A stretch of DNA of 63,382 nt, filler included, from Perkinsus chesapeaki ATCC PRA-425 (lineage: Eukaryota; Protista; Perkinsozoa): assembly GCA_013115145.1 (NCBI GenBank). It is 4 parts of 4 records of this genome, joined end to end, with 100 filler letters (N's around TTAATTAATTAA, not from the genome) between each part and the next. Parts side by side here need not be neighbours in the genome. Positions count along the whole stretch, not along the records: positions 11,704 to 36,926 come from JAAPAO010000530.1; positions 37,027 to 56,355 come from JAAPAO010000642.1; 2 more parts are not named here. One strand, 5' to 3'. Below are positions 25,801 through 38,838 of the stretch, in pieces. The notes under the pieces are model-generated. The model made no database searches, was not told the origin of the DNA, and saw only the letters and a list, made by a program, of their open reading frames with translations. The translations under genes were made by a program, and so were the position numbers. Positions within the stretch are counted from its first letter, which is position 1. The number at the start of each line of letters is the position of its first letter.

Positions 25801-28220
25801 GGCTCTCTGTAATATCAGCCCCACCACTGTAGACCACAGTCTCCACTGCAGGCCACGTGCCGCCTGGCTGGAATCGCTGGCCTGAGGACAAGCAATGCGG
25901 TGTTACCAAATAGCGGCGTACATCTCCGCTGTCGACTTCGATCTCAAGCGTCTTAGTAAGAGCAGAGATCGTCTTCGACACCTCCAATGCTGTTAAGGGG
26001 GAGGCATCGCCGAGAGCTGAGTCACCAGGGGGCAGCACCAGAGAGGATACGTAGGAGTCAACTGCCTGAACGATAAAACAAGGTAAGCAAACCGTAATCT
26101 ATCAAACAGTGGGCACATTAAGTTGGTATCAGACGACATGTCATCGACTCCACTGCTACCAATTACGCAAACCACGCGGGAACCCACTTACGTCAGAAGC
26201 GCTCGGTGACTCCGGTGCCGAAAGAAGCCTCTGCAGCAGGCCCAGCATCCCAACGAATATCCGACGATTCCTGAACGACGCAAGTGAAACCGTTCCAGCT
26301 GACCACTGAAACCTACACAGCTAATCTCTGCTGGTAGAGGGCGAAAACCCTCAATGACGTCTTGAGACAAGTCGATGTATCCAATTTCGTGCCTGAAGAA
26401 ATGGTGACAGCACCCCGCCGAAAATCCTCTTACTTGATGATGAATTGCTGTCATCACCAGATGAAATAGACTGCACTACAGCCTCTCGTACCACCGTGGT
26501 GAAAACATCAAGAACGTGAATGCGATGGAGGTCCTAAACAGTACCAAAATATCTCTGACAATGTTGCTTTGCGAACCCCTCACTGAATGGGACTAAACCA
26601 TTTGTGTCAGATTTTAATGGGGCCACAGGAGAGGGAAAAATTGCACAAAAAAATGAAATAATTCCCGAAATAACTGCTATTACTGCTACGAGCCTCGATG
26701 CCATGAGCAAGGAAATTGGCAGGCGTTACGGAAGTGCGATGGTCCAAGCCAATGGAGGTAAATCCCACTTACTCTTTCCGCAGACTTATTAATTCTCTCC
26801 CAAGCCATTATTCTGACACTTCTAGCTGCTGCCTCCACTCCCATAGCCCGACAGATTGCCTCGACTGTGGGTACGTGGACCTTCCAATCGCCAGCATCTA
26901 TGAACTCTCTCCTCAGACCATATCTCTCCAAGAAGGCGTTCATCAGGCCCTTATCGTCCACTTCCTCTCGAGACGGAACTATCCATCCACTGCCCCTCCC
27001 ACGTCCCTTCCAGTCCTGCTCCTCCTCAGTTTGCCAGCCCTCGGAGAAAGGGTCTCCCTTCCCCCAATCCTCACAGTGACTCCCAAAAATTAACTTCAGC
27101 AATTTCTCGTTCTTCAGCATTTTCGGTACGAATTCCCTCATCTTATCATCTCTGGCCGCCAGACCCTGAGCCGCAACCGAGAGCAACATCTCAGCATCGA
27201 TGGCCCTCTCCGCGTGATCCAGCAAAAGGCTCAGATCGAGGTACTGATATATCTTATGTCGTTGGCTCAAGTAGAGCAATGCCTCCGAATGATAAGACTT
27301 CTGCAAGGACTCCGTCAGCTCCTTCAGCTTGGGCACATATATGAATACCGTCGGTTGCGTGCGGAGCCCAACTGTGAGGAGATCACGGAAATCAGCGACC
27401 TTAGACTTGTGCTCTACCAGGTACTTCACCACTCTAGGCATCAATCGAGACGTGGGACCCTCCGCGTGAGCTACCTGAAGCGACACGTCCGAAAACAGCA
27501 ACCGCAGCTGCCAGTGTGGACTTACCAGATGAACGCCTCGCCGGGACAAATAAGTACACAATGATTTCAATGACTTAGTGGCGGCCAATGCGACCGTCGG
27601 TGACGTATCATACTCCAGAATCTACTAGACACATACTAACTCTCACAAGAAGCTGCTCTGTCCTACGTAGACAGCCAGCCAAGCCGGCAAAGCGTCAGTG
27701 CTAACTGCCACCATCTCGTCACCGAGGATCAAACCAGCCAGGGAGGAGTAAACTTCGTCGTCTGCTAGGGAGTCCGAGCACTCGAAAAGAGTCGTCAGTG
27801 ACCGCAGTGCCAGCAGTTGTACCTAAGATACTCACATCAATGCGCACTGTGAAGAATTCCCTACTTCACCGGCGAGGCTCTGAGCTTTATCGTTGGTCAC
27901 GGGGCAGCTCCTCCTCAACGGGTTCAAATAGTGGCGGGCACGCTTACTCTTCTGGGTTGGCTCACCCGGTGGTTGCTCGACATCCAGTGGGGGCCTCTGG
28001 ATCATGGACAACAACGCCGCGTATATAGATCCATCTGATAGCAGGTCGCGCACTAGCGAGCTTTGCTCCGTCCTGAAACGGAGCATTAACATTGACATCA
28101 AAACGATTAGCTGGAGTCGCTGTTGGCGATACCATTTTGTACATAAACTGCTTCACGTCAGCGATCGTCACACTGCCGAGCTGACATTCGACCGAATCCG
28201 GGTGGTGGTTTTCCCATCTC
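22850..28220 (-). CDS. Large multi-exon hypothetical protein(s)
   Basis: Run of co-oriented ORFs with protein-like composition, including 26686-27588 (300 aa), separated by GT-AG segments. No family recognised and ends uncertain. Confidence 0.55.
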
Positions 28221-28529
28221 TACTATGTGAAATCCAATAGTACATTTATCGAAATATACGCTTGCCTCCAAGTCCGCTAGTGAATTAGTTTTTCAACAGT
28301 TTCACGAAACTGCGGTCCTTTTTGCAAGCTTTTTTGAAGAGTATTTTTCCCATAGAAACACAGTGCTAAATTATAAAGCTCAACTGGAAAGGACAGCCGA
28401 CCAGCAAATTGCGAAGTACTGCCCACTCGACACTGTCCGAGAAGGCACGAATGTCGGCTGATATATAGCTAATCACAATTCCACCCAGATCTAACTACAC
28501 ACCAAGTTCCTCTAGTGACTGCACCACAC

Positions 28530-30277
28530 TCACCTCACGGCTAACAGTGTCTTCGCTGCAATAACCGATTCGGATTCATGAGAGCTGCCGCCTTTGCCCA
28601 TATGGGATATCTTCTCCGCCTCCTTCCGAGTAATCTTCAATCCATCACCGCCAAATGGCCTCAAAGTTCGGTTCAGCATACCATTAAATAGCCTCAGGCA
28701 CGCCGGTAATACGCTATTATTGCCAAGGTTAGACAGCCACTTCGGCATAACCGACATTATAACTCTCCCCACTGCTCTCCTCGGCCAGTTGCTATTAACC
28801 CTCTCCACCAGCGCGGTCAATAGCTCCACCAAAGCCTTCGAGGGTACTGCACCATCAAGCTCATGGCAGCAGTTCTCATCCAGCTCCTCGCATAGTTTAT
28901 CTATATAGTAACCACCACCATTACTTCCCTTCTCCACAAGCGCCTTCAGCAGCTCCAACGCCCCTTGATTGACTGGACCTTCCAGACCCTTGGGCCGTCT
29001 CAAAGTCAATCCAATTGCCCACAGCCTCGCCACATCCTCCTCCTCACAAGAATCACACTCCACAAGTATCCTACCAACCTCAGATGCTGCCTCGACAATA
29101 CCAGCAATAGGCCGCAGTAATGTAAATCGATCACCAAGGCGCGCGCTGTTGTCAGCGACTACGGCCAGCAGGGCAAGGGCCATATGAGCCGGCCTCAGTG
29201 GCTGGTCCGGAGGCAGCGCCAGCTTCACCACCCGCTCTCCATCCTCCAGTCTAATGACCGGGAACTCCGAATGCACAGGGAGGATGGGGGAGGGATACAT
29301 CTTGAGGACTTCATTAGAGATCGGCAGACCCAAGAGCGAGGTGAAGAATAACTCATAGAGGAATACGCTTTCAGTAAGGACCACATGAGAGTGCGATCGA
29401 CGCCTGTAGATGTTAGAGGGCAAACCCGAGAGTCTCAGCCAACATGACTCAACTGCCGTTCCCGGTAGCTGATCCCGGACGATAGGACCCGAGTTCAAAC
29501 TCGCCATCATATATATCAGTCCCCATGGCCCAGTGGACTCCGGCGAATTCGATACTGCTTGAAGGCAAAGATCGAACGCATCGGAGCTGAAGAGGTCATC
29601 AGTTGCCTCGCCACCGGCCCTCAGACACTCCACTACAGCCTTCGCCATCCCCGATGAGGCGAAGTTCGTCGAAGTTGAATCGAAGGTCCGCAACAGACGT
29701 ACAAGGGCCGAAAGGAGACAGTGACCAAGTGGCGCCGAAAATACCGACTCGCCGAATTGCAGACTGGCCACCAGGTCTCCAGTTGCCTTTGCCTAACTCC
29801 GAATCATCCCCTCCTCCCCCCTTCGCCTGCCTCATTACCATATCTATCAACCCTTGAGCGATCGTAAGACGCCCTTGAGTTTTCGTATAGGCGAGCAGCA
29901 GCTTATTATCCACCTCACTCCGCAGAGCATGATACTCCGAGGAGCCAGCCGATGACAGCACTGCCGACCATGACCCAAGCAACTAACGGAAACAAAGAGC
30001 TAGTCTTTCGAAAAGAAGCCTCTCGGTAAGAAGTGCAGTTAGACCACAACCCACGACAAAACCCTTTTGCCTGAGTCTGAGTAGTATCCCTAGGAGATAT
30101 CCCGCATAATGTGGTTCTTAATGGACCATAACTATTGGATTCCCGCCAAGTATTTATAAAGACATTCCAAAGCCATTGGCGGTAACTTAATGTCGATTTA
30201 GTATCTGTACTACTGTAGATCAACCTATACATTTCAGTGAGAGAGTAGCCCGACTCTACCCCTCCCATAACTGCCAT
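28530..30277 (-). CDS. Hypothetical helical (ARM/HEAT-like) protein, about 3 exons
   Basis: ATG at 30277. A 45-nt intron gtaatg...gagttag joins ...LIDM to AKATGDLVASLQF of the 413-aa ORF. Confidence 0.7.
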
Positions 30278-30699
30278 ACTACTACCAACTACACCGATGC
30301 CCTATTACAGTAGTAACACCAGCATCCTGTGCCCCTGCCGGGCAATCAGTTCCCTCCACAATAGCATTATGTAGAGACTTCACTAGATCTTGGTCTGTTA
30401 AAGATAAGTGTTGCTCAAACATCGTTATTAGTGCCAGGCAGTTCAACGGTTGAGGCGCCGAACCTGAAAATGGATGGATTCAAAATAAGAAAAGAGAACA
30501 CTTCACCGAAACCAGCGAGGCTCAAGGGCGAAATAATAATCAATATTTTTCTTTTATTTTCCACATAGCATATTGAAATCAGACTACTATACGAGACCCT
30601 TATAGTCTAACACTCAATAGCATGTAGCTAGACAAACTGTAAAACAACAAACGACCACCAAACCTCAACAAGCCGGAGGAGAGTGAGAGCTAGTTCGAG

Positions 30700-32242
30700 A
30701 ATGCTCCTCAAAGAGCTGCTGATGTTACTAGTGCGTTTAGAAGATTGAACAGGCAAGTGCAAGTTCCGAGTGCAAGTGGAAGCATGGTGCACATTATCGT
30801 TAAGAGCCCCTGATGTTCCTCTATGCCTCCCCAGCCTCTCATTCTCATGCCTGCGTCTACCGACTGGTTCCGTCTCGAGAGTAACACTGAGTCAAGCAAC
30901 ACCGGCTACACCACAGATTGGCTAAGGCCTCCAGTGGGTCAACTGGGTTAAACCAAGTATCGATTTATTATTGCGTAAAAGAGGACAACTATCATTATTA
31001 TCAAGTTAATATACCCCTGTCTCCGCTAATTTTCCGTCCTAGGTCAACTGTTAGGTCCTTTGTTTCCTAGGAGCCCCCAGCCATACACCCTAACCCTCCT
31101 TCCTCACTAGCTAGTAGCCTCCTTGCTGTATATTGAGCCATATCGTTATCAACTTTAACTAGCCCTCCAGTAGCAGTAAACAGCCCCATAAGAACCTATT
31201 TCCCATCACATCCATTTAACACTAACCTTCTCCACTCTACCGTTGCTGCCTGTTCCCGAAGTGTATCTCTACATCCTTCAGGTAGCTCCTCGATGGCACA
31301 ACAGTCAACCGTTCTTTTAATAAGGTCGTGCTTAGTAATGAGATCCCGTAGTACCGCAGCACATTCATCTGAACGCAGTGTCACAATGCAGTTGAATAAT
31401 TCAAATGCATATCCCATTCGAACAGATCCTCCTCTTGTTAACCTCGCCGCCTCAGCCCCTTTATTACCTTTTCCCTCTGAGCTAGTAGCTCTATCCAACA
31501 TAACCAACAATACATGATACTGCATTGATTGGTCCTGTGTTGCCTGAAAAGGGGTCAACACAACACGTCCGCTATAAGTAGCCCAAATATGTTATACAGC
31601 AAGCGTTCAGCCAAGCCGCGAGATCTACACTAAGATGACCCTTCATCGAATCCTCCTAGTGCTGAGTTAACCCTTCAACCATCATGGTACGGAATGAAGT
31701 TGCACTTCATAGGCTTTCTAAGGCTTCCACCAACCCTACCCAAGACCACTGCTGCTGAACACACGGTCGATTTCCCACAGTTGTCGCCGCACCGAGCAGT
31801 ATGTCCATTGGCCCCGATACTCAGGTTTTCGCTACACTCCCGGGAGATGCATTCTCGCGGAAATTTTCCCCCTTCTGTAGTTTTTAGCACCAACCCCCTT
31901 CACGGCAGTCCTTCCTTTATATTCCTAGATCTCGGCACCGAGGCAGCCCCCCTATACTACCGCAAAAGCGTCCGCCTCGTTACTCAGGTCTCCAATCGAT
32001 GTTAATGACTCATGCTTCAAAGATGGACTGAACCTACATCTCAACATAGCTATCCAGGTAAGAGAGAAGTCCTGGTACTTTGGTTGAGAGTAATATGCAT
32101 CCATTCCCAGGCCCAATCTGGCGAAGGCTTTCTTATTAACCTCCAACGCATCTTTGGATTCCTTATCCGACCTGGCCTTGGTCAATGCCAGGAACAGTGA
32201 CCCACAGGGCACCCCCGAGGACTTGCTCGACACTGAGGCCAT
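30700..32242 (-). CDS. Hypothetical multi-exon helical protein
   Basis: ATG at 32242 (MASVSSKSSG), with downstream exon-like ORFs such as 31196-31561. 3' end uncertain. Confidence 0.55.
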
Positions 32243-32358
32243 AGTAACACTATCCACCGATCGATGTATGCACTGGAAACCCAAAAGCTGGAGTGTTAGA
32301 AAAAATAATCTACCAACTGCTGAATGACATTTATACAGCTCGAAATCGTACTTGCCAA

Positions 32359-32998
32359 TTATTCACTATTCTCCGCATTAACTTCTCGTCTATCCGGTGA
32401 CCTGCTCTCTTCGGACTTACTGCGTCGATCATGGCGGTGGCGGCTGCTGCTGCCATGGCGACGCTCTCTCGGGGAGCTGATAAGATGGGGAGGTTTGAAG
32501 GGTCACGAATACGGTCCTCTCCTCCTGCACCTCACTATAGCAGCCCACTCTGTAGTATCACCCCCATTAGCCTACCTGTATGATGATCTAGAGCTCGACG
32601 GTGACCTTCGGCGGCGACTGGAATGTCTCCTCCTTGAGCGACTTCTGCTCCGTGATTCACTGTAGTAACGACTCCTTCGGCGCCTCTCAGGAGATCTACG
32701 CCTCACCCTATCGCTGAACAGAAAGCGATAGGAAGTGTGTCGTACACTCCCACTGGTACCGTGGTCCAGCTTTGGCCCATTCCACAGTGACGGATACACC
32801 GCCAATCTTGGCCCGAGACATCCCCCTATGGGCGTCCTCGGCGTCCCTTTCTCTATCAAACTCAATAAAACATATATTCTTGCCGCGAGGAATGTAGCAT
32901 CGGATTACTCTACCGTAATCGGAAAATTCATCTCGGATGTCTTGTTCGGTGGTATGAGATGATATATTGCCGACATAGAGGGTAGTACGGCTGTACAT
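32359..32998 (-). CDS. SR-family splicing factor (RRM + RS domain)
   Basis: RNP2 LYVGNI, RNP1 ICFIEF, then RSRSRSR repeats over two GT-AG introns. Stop TAA at 32359-32361. Confidence 0.92.
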
Positions 32999-33260
32999 TC
33001 TGATGGAAAAATAGTAAACTAATACTTCAGTAATATAAAGGAACTCCAACACTAACATCTACAAATGCTTATCCATCGTCCCATAGAAGTCTCATTCCAA
33101 CAGTTTTAGTATATTAGACTGCCACGATAGATGAGCTCACTTCAGGCGGCGGAGGATAATAATACGTACTTCAGGATTTCTCGCTCGCCCGGAAATGATT
33201 AAATTTCGTGCGTTCCGTGTCCGCGTCCCCCTGGGAATCTCTCTGGAGAGCTTTTTACCT

Positions 33261-33974
33261 ATGAGAGCTTTTTCGAGAGTTAATAGACTGGAAGTATTAT
33301 CTGTCTGTCTGATACTGGCGTCCTACAATGTAACTGCTGGACCTACTAAATTTAAAGATACCAATGGGCAGCAATCGACCTCAAAAAGAATCTTGAAGCC
33401 CGTCGCCAAAGTACGTCCGTTTCCGAGCTTTGATACCATCGGTGGACGTGTTGCCATACGTAGACGCGCTCTTCTAGGAGAACAGGCCACCGAGGTTGTT
33501 CCTGTTGTCCGTGAAGAGCCTCTATTCCGTGATGGATACCCCTTAATACATCTGACCAGTGGTACCGCGCTACCTAACGTTAAAGTGCTAGTTGAAGCCA
33601 ATAATATAACCAACAGTCCTATCCCATGGTTATCCCCTGTCACCATGGCCTTCGAATCAGTCAGTGACTTGTCGTATCACCGTCTGTCTTTACACAAAGC
33701 TCTTCCTGATGTACACAAGATACCCGGCTACAAGTGCATTCGTCTGGTAACCCTATCAAACCGTGATGCCGATACGATTACGTTGGATATAGCTCGTGGA
33801 ATCGTAGGAGTCGAATCTTTGACCTTTGATAATATGAGACTTTGTTATCGTAATGGCTGGCATTTTGCCGTTGTTGACTCCACAAAGAAGGGCTTCGACT
33901 TACTGGCTTCCTTGGTGCAATATGATCCTGATAATAAAGTAATGAGTGACCTCTACGGTGTTAGTTTAATCTGA
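33261..33974 (+). CDS. Intronless secreted hypothetical protein (237 aa)
   Basis: Long ORF. The second ATG gives the signal-like LEVLSVCLILASYNVTA. Confidence 0.7.
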   Translation: MRAFSRVNRLEVLSVCLILASYNVTAGPTKFKDTNGQQSTSKRILKPVAKVRPFPSFDTIGGRVAIRRRALLGEQATEVVPVVREEPLFRDGYPLIHLTSGTALPNVKVLVEANNITNSPIPWLSPVTMAFESVSDLSYHRLSLHKALPDVHKIPGYKCIRLVTLSNRDADTITLDIARGIVGVESLTFDNMRLCYRNGWHFAVVDSTKKGFDLLASLVQYDPDNKVMSDLYGVSLI

Positions 33975-34027
33975 TGTTGTTGTTGTATGTTTTATTGCGT
34001 TATAAGTACCTCACATTCGCTATTGAG

Positions 34028-34420
34028 TCAATAGTATTGACCATTTTTAATGAGGAAGCAGCATCTCCCACCGCCCCTACAGCCCTTCACTCCCTTCAGG
34101 CTCAGTTCTCTAGCAACTCCTAGCAGCCACACCACTGCAACTACAACAACCGCGACAGATAACAGTCTGGCCCAGCTCTTCATATCGTCCCAGTCCATCG
34201 ATATGTGAGTCATAGGAAAAGTCTCTGAAAGTCTATGTGTCGGCGAGCTTTCTTCAGGCCTTCCCTTGGCCTTGGAAATGAGGCTTTGGATGACATAGCG
34301 GGAATAATGGACGATATATGTTTCACGAATAGCGTCATCCCACTGTCCAATGTTGTTGTTGGAGGAGGAGGAGGAGAGCTCCCTGTATGGCATGCAAGCT
34401 CTGAGTAAGATACGTTTCAT
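34028..34420 (-). CDS. Small single-TM hypothetical protein (possibly organelle-targeted; last exon uncertain)
   Basis: ATG ORF with a basic N-terminus (MKRILLRAC) and a hydrophobic LLSVAVVVVAVVWLLG segment. Confidence 0.5.
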   Translation of the reverse strand: MKRILLRACMPYRELSSSSSNNNIGQWDDAIRETYIVHYSRYVIQSLISKAKGRPEESSPTHRLSETFPMTHISMDWDDMKSWARLLSVAVVVVAVVWLLGVARELSLKGVKGCRGGGRCCFLIKNGQYY

Positions 34421-34472
34421 AGGTATAAGTATTACTAGTATCTATATTAGGACCGATGTTGAGCAGATCGAT

Positions 34473-36650
34473 ATGATGTTGAATTATCGTACGAAGAAGT
34501 GCCTTTACTATTCCCAAGGATCTTGTCGATCCCAGCGGTGCTTTGATTATCACTATCAAACGCAGAGGCGTCGGTCGCCAGTGTCACCTAGTGGATACTT
34601 GGCATACTGTGACGTACCTTGCAAGCATATGTCGAACCCTGCACAGTGTGCTAGAAAAGATTCCTGCGCTTACTGTCACTCTGTGGATGAGCTTCGCTAT
34701 CATCCGGCTATATTCAAGACACAACTTTGTAACGGACATGATTGTCGTGGTCCGGCATGTCACTTTGCGCACCCGGGAGAATCTACCAGGCCGTGGGCCG
34801 TGGAAAGATACTCCCTTGGTAGCGCCGCCGCCGCTGCCATATGTTGGCCACCAGCTCCTCCCCTTTCTCGAGGCCATCTGCGTGGCAGTCTTCTAGATCG
34901 CAATAGTAGCGAAAATTCGGTCAATTGCTCGGATTCCTCCGAGAGATTTAAGATCGTCAAGTGCCCGAATTTGGGGCAGGTAGGCCAGGTGTTAGGGGTC
35001 ATGCTGGGCTGATGTCTACAGCAGGTTCATGACCGCAAGCTTTGCCCGTTTTACCACAACTTTCGAGATCGTCGTCGGTTTCCCGTTACCTATGAAGCCG
35101 AGCAATGCCCTCGGCACTTTGACATTGATACTAGTGTTATCAGCTGCGACAGGGGCGACGAGTGCGATAAATGCCATTCACGAATAGAACTATTGTAAAA
35201 GGGGCACTTGTTTGGAAATATAATGTTAAGTCATCTCAGGTATCATCCTAGCATTTTTAAGCAAAGATTCTGTGCAACTTGGCCCAATGTGGCCAGCTGC
35301 GCTCGGGGCCACAATTGCGCCTTTGCCCATCACCGTGATGAAGTAGTAGTAGTAGTAGTAGCCAGCAGCAGCTTATTTAGTGGGTGTTGAGGTCAGGTCA
35401 ATGGTAAAATGTTTACCGAAGAGCAAGAGACCGTGCGAGACGTGGATTTCTTTGTTAACCATTTTAAGACATTATGGTGCCCCTACGGCGTGCAGCATGA
35501 CTGGCACCGATGCTACTATGCTCACACCTACCAGGACTGTCGGAGTAATCATTATTGAAATAATTGTTATCTTTTTAATTTTTCAATCTTGGGCATTGAT
35601 GATAACTCTTTTAATACCGCTGCAGTATGAAGTATTATTATATGCCATATACAGCAGTTTTGTGAAGAATATTTGTTTCAGACATTTGGAAACAAACTGA
35701 GTAAGGTTTTATTTATATCTGATGCGTTCCAATGACTTGTTGAAATTCTATTAGCTACTCATCGCAGAACGTTTCTGTATAGAGTGTTCGCCAGGAGCAT
35801 TCAGTTCCGGTTAGCCGATTACGTCGGATGTATGATAATGCATACTTATCCTGAATAATATAATAACAGTGCATATTTCAGAACTAGTCGAATGGACCTT
35901 TTCGCACATCCAGATGAACCTCTGGACTCTTCAATATATCTGTCACCATATGTTCTGTATTTCATACCAGATAAAGGTTCATATGTTTACTATTAGGATC
36001 GCCAGCGTTGGAGTACGGCAGTGAGCCATGCCCACATTGGGGTAGAAGTAAAGCCTGGACTGAATACGGTAGCAGATGTCCTAATGGGCATCGATGTCCG
36101 TATTCGCATGGAAGCAAGGAACAGCTTTATCATCCATCTTACTACAAGACGATGCCTTGTAAGTGAGGGGCTCTGTGTGCATGCGATTAATACAAGTAGA
36201 TGATGATATCTCCATAGTGAGGAGGGGGAAATGGATGCATATTATACCGTCTCTCCTAGTTCCTAGCTCTCGACAGTCGTGTTGTTCGCATAGTAGGCGT
36301 TAGTGGAACACAGCTTACAGGACAAGTTGTATCAATTGAATTGGAGCAGCAAGTTTCTGTTTTGCTACATCTCTTTACATGATCATCATTGATCTTCAGG
36401 TTGCGACTGGAAGTCCCGCGGGCGCTGCCCCAGAGGGGAGCTTTGTGCTTTCTATCACGATCCGAGCGAGAGGCGCCAGGCCACCAGGTGCGGTCACTGT
36501 GACCTTTTCGGTAGAGTGGTATTCCAGATTAGCAAGCCTGGACTATAGCCGTCCGCTTTCCACCGGGGAGGAGCTTTGTCATCATCAGCCCAACTTTTGG
36601 AGGCCACCATTGTTTTCGGCAGACGAGGGATCCTCTGAGAGCCGAGGTGG
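34473..36650 (+). CDS. Unkempt-like tandem CCCH zinc-finger RNA-binding protein
   Basis: Repeated units YRTKKC..C..C..YH..RRRSP, YC..PC..C..C.YCHS..ELRYHP.IFKT.LC recur across spliced exons (ELLYHPSIFKQRFC, EQLYHPSYYKTMPC). Confidence 0.88.
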
Positions 36651-36926
36651 GTAGACAGTAGGCGGTAGTCTTGGAAAAGTTTATGCGGTCGATTACGCAC
36701 GGCGTTACTAATGGATGGTAGATTGTATATACCATCAGCTACTTGTCTTATAATCTATATTGCCGTTCATTCCAGCTAAGGGCAGATATCATATAATAGT
36801 TGATTATTATTAAGACAGTTCGTTGTATTGTGTAATATGATACAATGATCGGTTACTTGAGTCTTGTCATGGGGAATATAGGCGCAATTAGGCTGATCGA
36901 TCGTTGTACGATTTCTGTTGGCATTT

Positions 36927-37026
36927 NNNNNNNNNNNNNNNNNNNNNNNNNNNNNNNNNNNNNNNNNNNNTTAATTAATTAANNNNNNNNNNNNNNNNNN
37001 NNNNNNNNNNNNNNNNNNNNNNNNNN
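36927..37026. other. Assembly gap with TTAATTAATTAA linker
   Basis: 100-nt N block with linker. Confidence 0.98.
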
Positions 37027-37029
37027 TAA

Positions 37030-37263
37030 AGGTGAGATATCCGAAGGAAAATTTTATTCGCATTTGATCCCATGTCAGCCCCACTTACGGCCAGCCGTGT
37101 CTCGACACCGAGTATGGTCGTGCGAGCGGAGGGCCCGAGGCTGCCGTTTACCTACAAATGCGAGCGTCTCTTCCAGACAGCGGTGTGGCGCTGGATGGGC
37201 GGCCTGGAACTTCGTATAGACTGCTAGTATATCAACAACCAGATTAGATGCACCTTTGGGCAT
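37030..37263 (-). pseudogene. Decayed or truncated paralog of the F-box-like gene at 37921-38838
   Basis: MPKGASNLVVDILAV...LEETLAFVGKRQP aligns with MPRDTFNLAIDIIAV...AQEILAFLGTREP. In-frame TGA and TAA follow before the gap. Confidence 0.65.
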
Positions 37264-37920
37264 TAGCTAATATTTGGTGAAAAACTGAAAATACACGCAT
37301 CCTGGAAAGTGAAGGCAGCTCGTTGGGAGTATCGATCAGACTCTCTCACCCGAACCGAAGAAGAAAACACAGCGTGAAGTTGCCGAGGCAGAAGTTGCTC
37401 GATATTTCGTGAAAGTCCCTGGAATTTCTCCCGCCAACACATAACGGCGAGCAAGTTCACACACTTTAACACTTCCTATTTTTCGGAATTTCTCCCACAG
37501 TCTTCTGACTTCACATACTTTAACAATAACTAATGCAGGCAGTAACGCATTTCTATTAATACAACAACAACAATTATAAAGCATTAAGTCGAAGACCATC
37601 GATACTCTTCGTCGACCATGCACACCGCGCCGAGCAGTAGCATCGTAAGGGATTCCCCATCACATCTGGTAGTGCGATCTCTACTAGCTCGGCAATATAT
37701 TCCATCAACATTTCGAGAGTGCTAACACCATACCCACCACATACTCAAACGTGAGCGGTGTTGGGGCAGGGAGTCTCAGTGAACCGCTTACTACTAACAC
37801 AACCGAAATGAACTAGTCATGACAAACATATCATGGAGCACCATTTGAGGATACATCTGCACTTGAGGTAATAAACATGCATCAAGGGACTGGCTGCTGT
37901 CACCACTACCGAGGAACGGG

Positions 37921-38838
37921 TTAGTAAACCACAAGAACCTCTCGGCTAGTTGTGAGCTCATAGGACGGGGAGCTTATACCGACATATACAACATGTCCGC
38001 ACGGGCTTATCTCAATGCCCGATACAAAGTCCCCGGGTGAGCAGTCGACATGCACGGTACTGAGCACTTCTCCGGGACCATCAAGGCTCACGTCAATGAG
38101 TGTTATCCCCAACAGACAACCATCAGAATGTCCCACACAAATTAAGTTATCGTTTACGAACCGTACCGCTTCGCTGAACATCGGAACGTGGAAGCACCGT
38201 GCTGTATAGTCCTCAATCACACGCGACTTCAATCCTTCGCGGTCGATGCAACGATAGTCAACCCGGAGCTCCGCCGGGTGTAATGGTGACACGTAGGCCA
38301 CTAAGAGACTTCGGTCTCGGCAAAAGACGTCGAAGCAAGTGACCTCGGATTCGGTCTTAACTTCTAATACCTTTTCGCAAGTGATGGGATCGATCTCCCA
38401 CACTGACAGGTCTCGCGGATGGAACTCATAATCAATGTACCGTATGTCTCGGACATAGAGCTTGCCCCCATGATGCGTGATTTCACTCCACAGCGAAACG
38501 GATGGGTCCGACAAGGCGCCATCGAGAACAACCCAGTCCCCTCCTTCTCCGCTCCCTTCCAGAATCTCATGGTGGTCACCCAGTTTATAGCATTGCTTTC
38601 CTAGGGGGTCCAAAGCGTATCGCCTTGAAGCAAGAACGTGCCGTCGCCACCAGCTCGATCGACAACACTCGTGGCATCTCCCACACGCACCAGCGCTGGC
38701 CGCGAGACCAATGGGCTCCCGCGTTCCAAGAAAGGCCAGGATCTCTTGAGCCATCTCAGCACCGGCGTAGGGCATGGCGGTGAGACGACTGCGTACTGCA
38801 ATGATGTCTATGGCAAGATTGAATGTGTCGCGAGGCAT
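37921..38838 (-). CDS. Intronless F-box-like N-terminus + beta-propeller-like protein (305 aa)
   Basis: Long ATG ORF with a helical EILAFLG motif followed by beta-strand-rich repeats. The family call is an inference. Confidence 0.7.
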   Translation of the reverse strand: MPRDTFNLAIDIIAVRSRLTAMPYAGAEMAQEILAFLGTREPIGLAASAGACGRCHECCRSSWWRRHVLASRRYALDPLGKQCYKLGDHHEILEGSGEGGDWVVLDGALSDPSVSLWSEITHHGGKLYVRDIRYIDYEFHPRDLSVWEIDPITCEKVLEVKTESEVTCFDVFCRDRSLLVAYVSPLHPAELRVDYRCIDREGLKSRVIEDYTARCFHVPMFSEAVRFVNDNLICVGHSDGCLLGITLIDVSLDGPGEVLSTVHVDCSPGDFVSGIEISPCGHVVYVGISSPSYELTTSREVLVVY

